A stretch of 64,000 nucleotides of DNA, taken from Azolla caroliniana. Taxonomy: Eukaryota; Plantae; Polypodiophyta. Location: the NCBI GenBank assembly GCA_043228905.1, contig JBHGNT010000009.1, positions 9,796,001-9,860,000 of the forward strand, given 5' to 3'. The position numbers were made by a program, and so were the translations under genes. The notes beneath the pieces were generated by a model that saw only the letters and a program-made list of their open reading frames with translations, was not told where the DNA came from and did no database searches. Of the stretch, positions 60,538 through 64,000 are shown in pieces (the stretch's first letter is position 1; each line of letters begins with the position of its first letter).

Positions 60538-63500
60538 CTAAACAGTATTTCGCTCCACTACGTCTGGGCCCCTTGACCGAGTAACTGGTCTTGTTCCCGA
60601 TCGTGGCCCCTTCTTCAGCCTTTTTCTGGTTGGTTCCCCATTTAGCCTTGCTTCTAGGACCCAATGCGCAAGTGTGTCCTCCTCCGACAACCTTCCCATC
60701 GCCTCAGCAGCTAATTGCACATCAGCCGTTTCTTGAACTAGCTTTTCAAGTACAGAGGGATCTGTTTGGACATTTTCAGTAGTTGGGCTCGGTGGGGTGG
60801 AATCAAGGTCTTGAGACTCGAAGAAATGTTGCATCAAGTGTTCATAAACACTGTTGTTGTGAACCTCAGTTTTACATGTTGTTTCCACTATTTCATGGCA
60901 TTTCACATCGTTGCCTAATTCAGTACACTGTTCCAAAAGAATAGGGTGCAGCTGATCTGAAGGAGATGTGATAGCAGGACTCTTACTTTCAGCCACATTG
61001 GCAGTAGTATCCTCATCTGTTGCAGCATCATCAGCACCAGACACATCATGTGCCGTCCTTAATCCACAAGATTCTACAATAACATGACAGTTATTTAGGA
61101 TAGCTAATTAGCTACTTTACTAAACTATGGTAGAAGCTAGGATAGCTAATTAGCTAGTACGATAGCTAATTAGCTAGTATGATAGCTAATTAGGTACTTT
61201 ACTCAACTATGGTAGTAGTTAGGATAGCTAATTAGGTACTTTACTCAACTATGGTAGTAGTTAGGATAGCTTATTAGCTACTAGGACAGCTAATTAGCTG
61301 CCAGTAGCTAATTAGCTGCCAGTAGCTAATTAGCTGCCAGTAGCTAATTAGCTACTAGGATAGCTTATTAGCTACTTTACACAACTATGGCAGTAGCTAC
61401 TAGGATAGCTAATTCGCTAGTAGGATAGCTAATTAGTTTCCAGCAGCTAATTAGCTACTAGGATAGCTAATTAGCTACTAGGACAGCTAATTAGCTGCCA
61501 GTAGCTAATTAGCTACTAGGATAGCTAATTAGCTGCCAGTAGCTAATTAGCTACTAGGATAGCTTATTAGCTACTTTACACAACTATGGCAGTAGCTACT
61601 AGGATAGCTAATTCGCTAGTAGGATAGCTAATTAGTTTCCAGCAGCTAATTAGCTACTAGGATAGCTAATTAGCTACTAGGATAGCTAATTAGTTGCCAG
61701 TAGCTAATTAGCTAGTAGGATAGCTAATTAGGTACTTTACTCAACTATGGTAGTAGCTAATTAGCTAGTAGGATAGCTAATTAGCTACTTTACTCAACTA
61801 TGGTAGTAGCTAATTAGCTACTAGGATAGCTAATTAGCTGCTAGTAGCTAATTAGCTACTAGGATAGCTTATTAGCTACTTTACACAACTATGGCAGTAG
61901 CTAATTAGTTACTAGGATAGCTAATTAGTTACTAGGATAGCTAATTAGCTACTATGGTAGCTAATTAGCTACTTTACTCAACTATGGTAGTAGCTAGGAT
62001 AGCTAATTAGCTACTTTACTAACTATGGTAGTAGCTAGGATAGCTAATTAGCTACTTTATTAACTATGGTGGTAGCTAGGATAGCTAATTAGCTACAATG
62101 AAAGCTAATTAGCTACTTTCTCAACTATGTAGTAGCTAGGATAGCTTATTAGCTACTAGGACAGCTAATTAGCTGCCAGTAGCTAATTAGCTACTAGGAT
62201 AGCTAATTAGCTACTTTACACAACTATGTCAGTAGCTAATTAGCTACTATGATAGCTAATTAGCTAGTAGGATAGCTAATTAGCTAGTAGGATAGCTAAT
62301 TAGTTGCCAGTAGCTAATTAGCTAGTAGGATAGCTAATTAGCTTTTTTACACAACTATGGTACTAGCTAATTAGCTAGTACCATAGCTAACTAGCTACTA
62401 GGATAGCTTATTAGCTACTTTACACAACTATGTCAGTAGCTAATTAGCTACTATGATAGCTAATTAGCTAGTAGGATAGCTAATTAGCTAGTAGGATAGC
62501 TAATTAGTTGCCAGTAGCTAATTAGCTAGTAGGATAGCTAATTAGCTATTTTACACAACTATGGTACTAGCTAATTAGCTAGTACCATAGCTAACTAGCT
62601 ACTAGGATAGCTTATTAGCTACTTTACACAACTATGTCAGTAGCTAATTAGCTACTATGATAGCTAATTAGCTAGTAGGATAGCTAATTAGCTAGTAGGA
62701 TAGCTAATTAGTTGCCAGTAGCTAATTAGCTAGTAGGATAGCTAATTAGCTTTTTTACACAACTATGGTACTAGCTAATTAGCTAGTACCATAGCTAACT
62801 AGCTACTAGGATAGCTTATTAGCTACTTTACACAACTATGGCAGTAGCTAATTAGTTACTAGGATAGCTAATTAGTTGCCAGTGGCTAATTTAGCTAGTA
62901 GGATAGCTATTTAGCTTTTTTACACAACTATGGTACTAGCTAATTAGCTAGTACCATAGCTAATTAGCTACTAGGACAGCTAATTAGCTAGTAGCTCATT
63001 AGCTGCCAGTAGCTAATTAGCTAGTAGGATAGCTAATTAGAAAAGACTAAGCTTATTAGCTACAGTATGGTATACCTGTTTGTTTTCTCCACTCATTTGG
63101 TAGAGTTGTACTGCAATCTCCCAAACAGAATGTAGCAATTCGACAGGCATGTTGAAAACAAAGCAGATGGTATGTGTGGTTGCATGGTTGTAGGTGAACC
63201 AACAAAGACGCAGTTTTGTCCTCCACACCTAACCCGCAAGCGATGCAACGTGCTTGAACTGTCAATAAATCATTTTCTGGTTCTACTTCATTTGGTAAGG
63301 GAGCAAGAATGTTCAGGTCCAAATCCTGTCTGGTCCTTACCATTTCCTCCACAAAATGTAGCTTCTTCTTAAGGCAGCTAACTACCTGTTCTTGATGAAT
63401 GTATTGTTCCTTCAACGCAACAGAGAAATTTACCGATTAATTATTCTTGTTGTTGAAAGATACACCAACTTTGCTCAGGAATCGTTAACTTACTTGAAGC

Positions 63501-64000
63501 TTATCCAAATTGTAATCTGCAACAGTATTTACACCTAGAAGGTCCAGGTTCATTGAAAGAACCTGGATCTCTATTTGCAGTTCTATTTTACGCTGGGGAT
63601 CCAGTGGCCCCTCTAATTCAAGCTCCTGTTGCGCAACCTATTCCAGATAATGCTTGATTAGCACATTTTACCCGTTATTTATAACACAATCACATACCAG
63701 CAAAACAATAGTTACCTGAATCTTATTTCTAATTGTTGTAACAGCAGAAGTAACTTTGCTCTCCATTGCAGAAGCCATTGTGGCTTTCTCTAAATCAGTC
63801 TTAAAAAATGCCAATGTCTCACAGGCTTCATGGACATTTTTTAGCATATAGCTAACCAATGTCTCACCTGTATCATCGACATTGGCTTTCCTTGGGTGTC
63901 GGTGTGGTGTATGCCCCCGGTCTTGCTGGGAGTCGGCAGTTGCATCAACAGCTGCCATGCTCCAAAATCTGTCTATTTTTTGTGCCAAGGTCCCCATCTT
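60538..64000 (-). CDS. Multi-exon coiled-coil + RING-H2 protein with acidic tail (5' end outside window)
   Basis: Exons >64000-63716, 63637-63494, 63409-63076 and 61073-60538 join in frame via GT-AG introns (phases 0,0,1). RING-H2 spacing C-x2-C-x17-C-x-H-x2-H-x2-C-x10-C-x3-C; basic NLS-like RKRLKK. Confidence 0.75.
61097..63062. repeat. Palindromic TAGCTAATTAGCTA satellite with 204-bp higher-order repeat, intronic
   Basis: Variable spacers; CTACTTTACACAACTATG recurs at 62211, 62415, 62619 and 62823. Confidence 0.97.

Larger units (their letters stand above)
54619..64000. mobile_element. Putative large multi-gene DNA transposon (Sola2-like); right end outside window
   Basis: Transposase-like gene, subterminal repeats, and a shared TAGCTAATTAGCTA motif from 54650 to 63060 linking all parts. 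Candidate terminus GAGTGG at 54619. TIR and TSD cannot be verified here. Confidence 0.6.

Noticed and set aside
54957-63062. CRISPR-like interpretation of the 83-bp array or the palindrome arrays
   Set aside because: No unique spacers (spacers are 4-6 nt or recurring), no cas genes, and a eukaryotic intron context.

Overview
Eukaryotic, plant-type repeat-rich DNA. The TE lineages are most like those of non-seed plants such as ferns, but host identity is an inference. Bases 1-54,600 are a nest of decayed LTR retrotransposons up to four levels deep. (i) A tRNA-Trp-primed Ty3/Gypsy family is present as three internal copies plus three solo LTRs. It makes 4-bp CpG-centred target duplications and carries a conserved -1 frameshift signal (G_GAU_UUU plus a covarying H-type pseudoknot) between protease and RT. 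(ii) A non-chromoviral Gypsy family is present; its complete copy (30687-47643) has a tRNA-Arg 3'-end sequence where the polypurine tract should be, and extra coiled-coil ORFs. (iii) Several Ty1/Copia elements occur, two with tandem (dimer-like) architecture. From about 54,619 to the end lies a putative large multi-gene DNA transposon. It has an 83-bp subterminal tandem array, a spliced Sola2-like transposase lacking its catalytic core, a convergent FCP1/SCP-like HAD pseudo-phosphatase and a spliced coiled-coil/RING-H2 gene. The two large introns, in genes on opposite strands, are filled with arrays of the 14-bp palindrome TAGCTAATTAGCTA. No conventional host gene, rRNA, intact tRNA gene or CRISPR array was found. 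Family names come from motif recall, not database searches.
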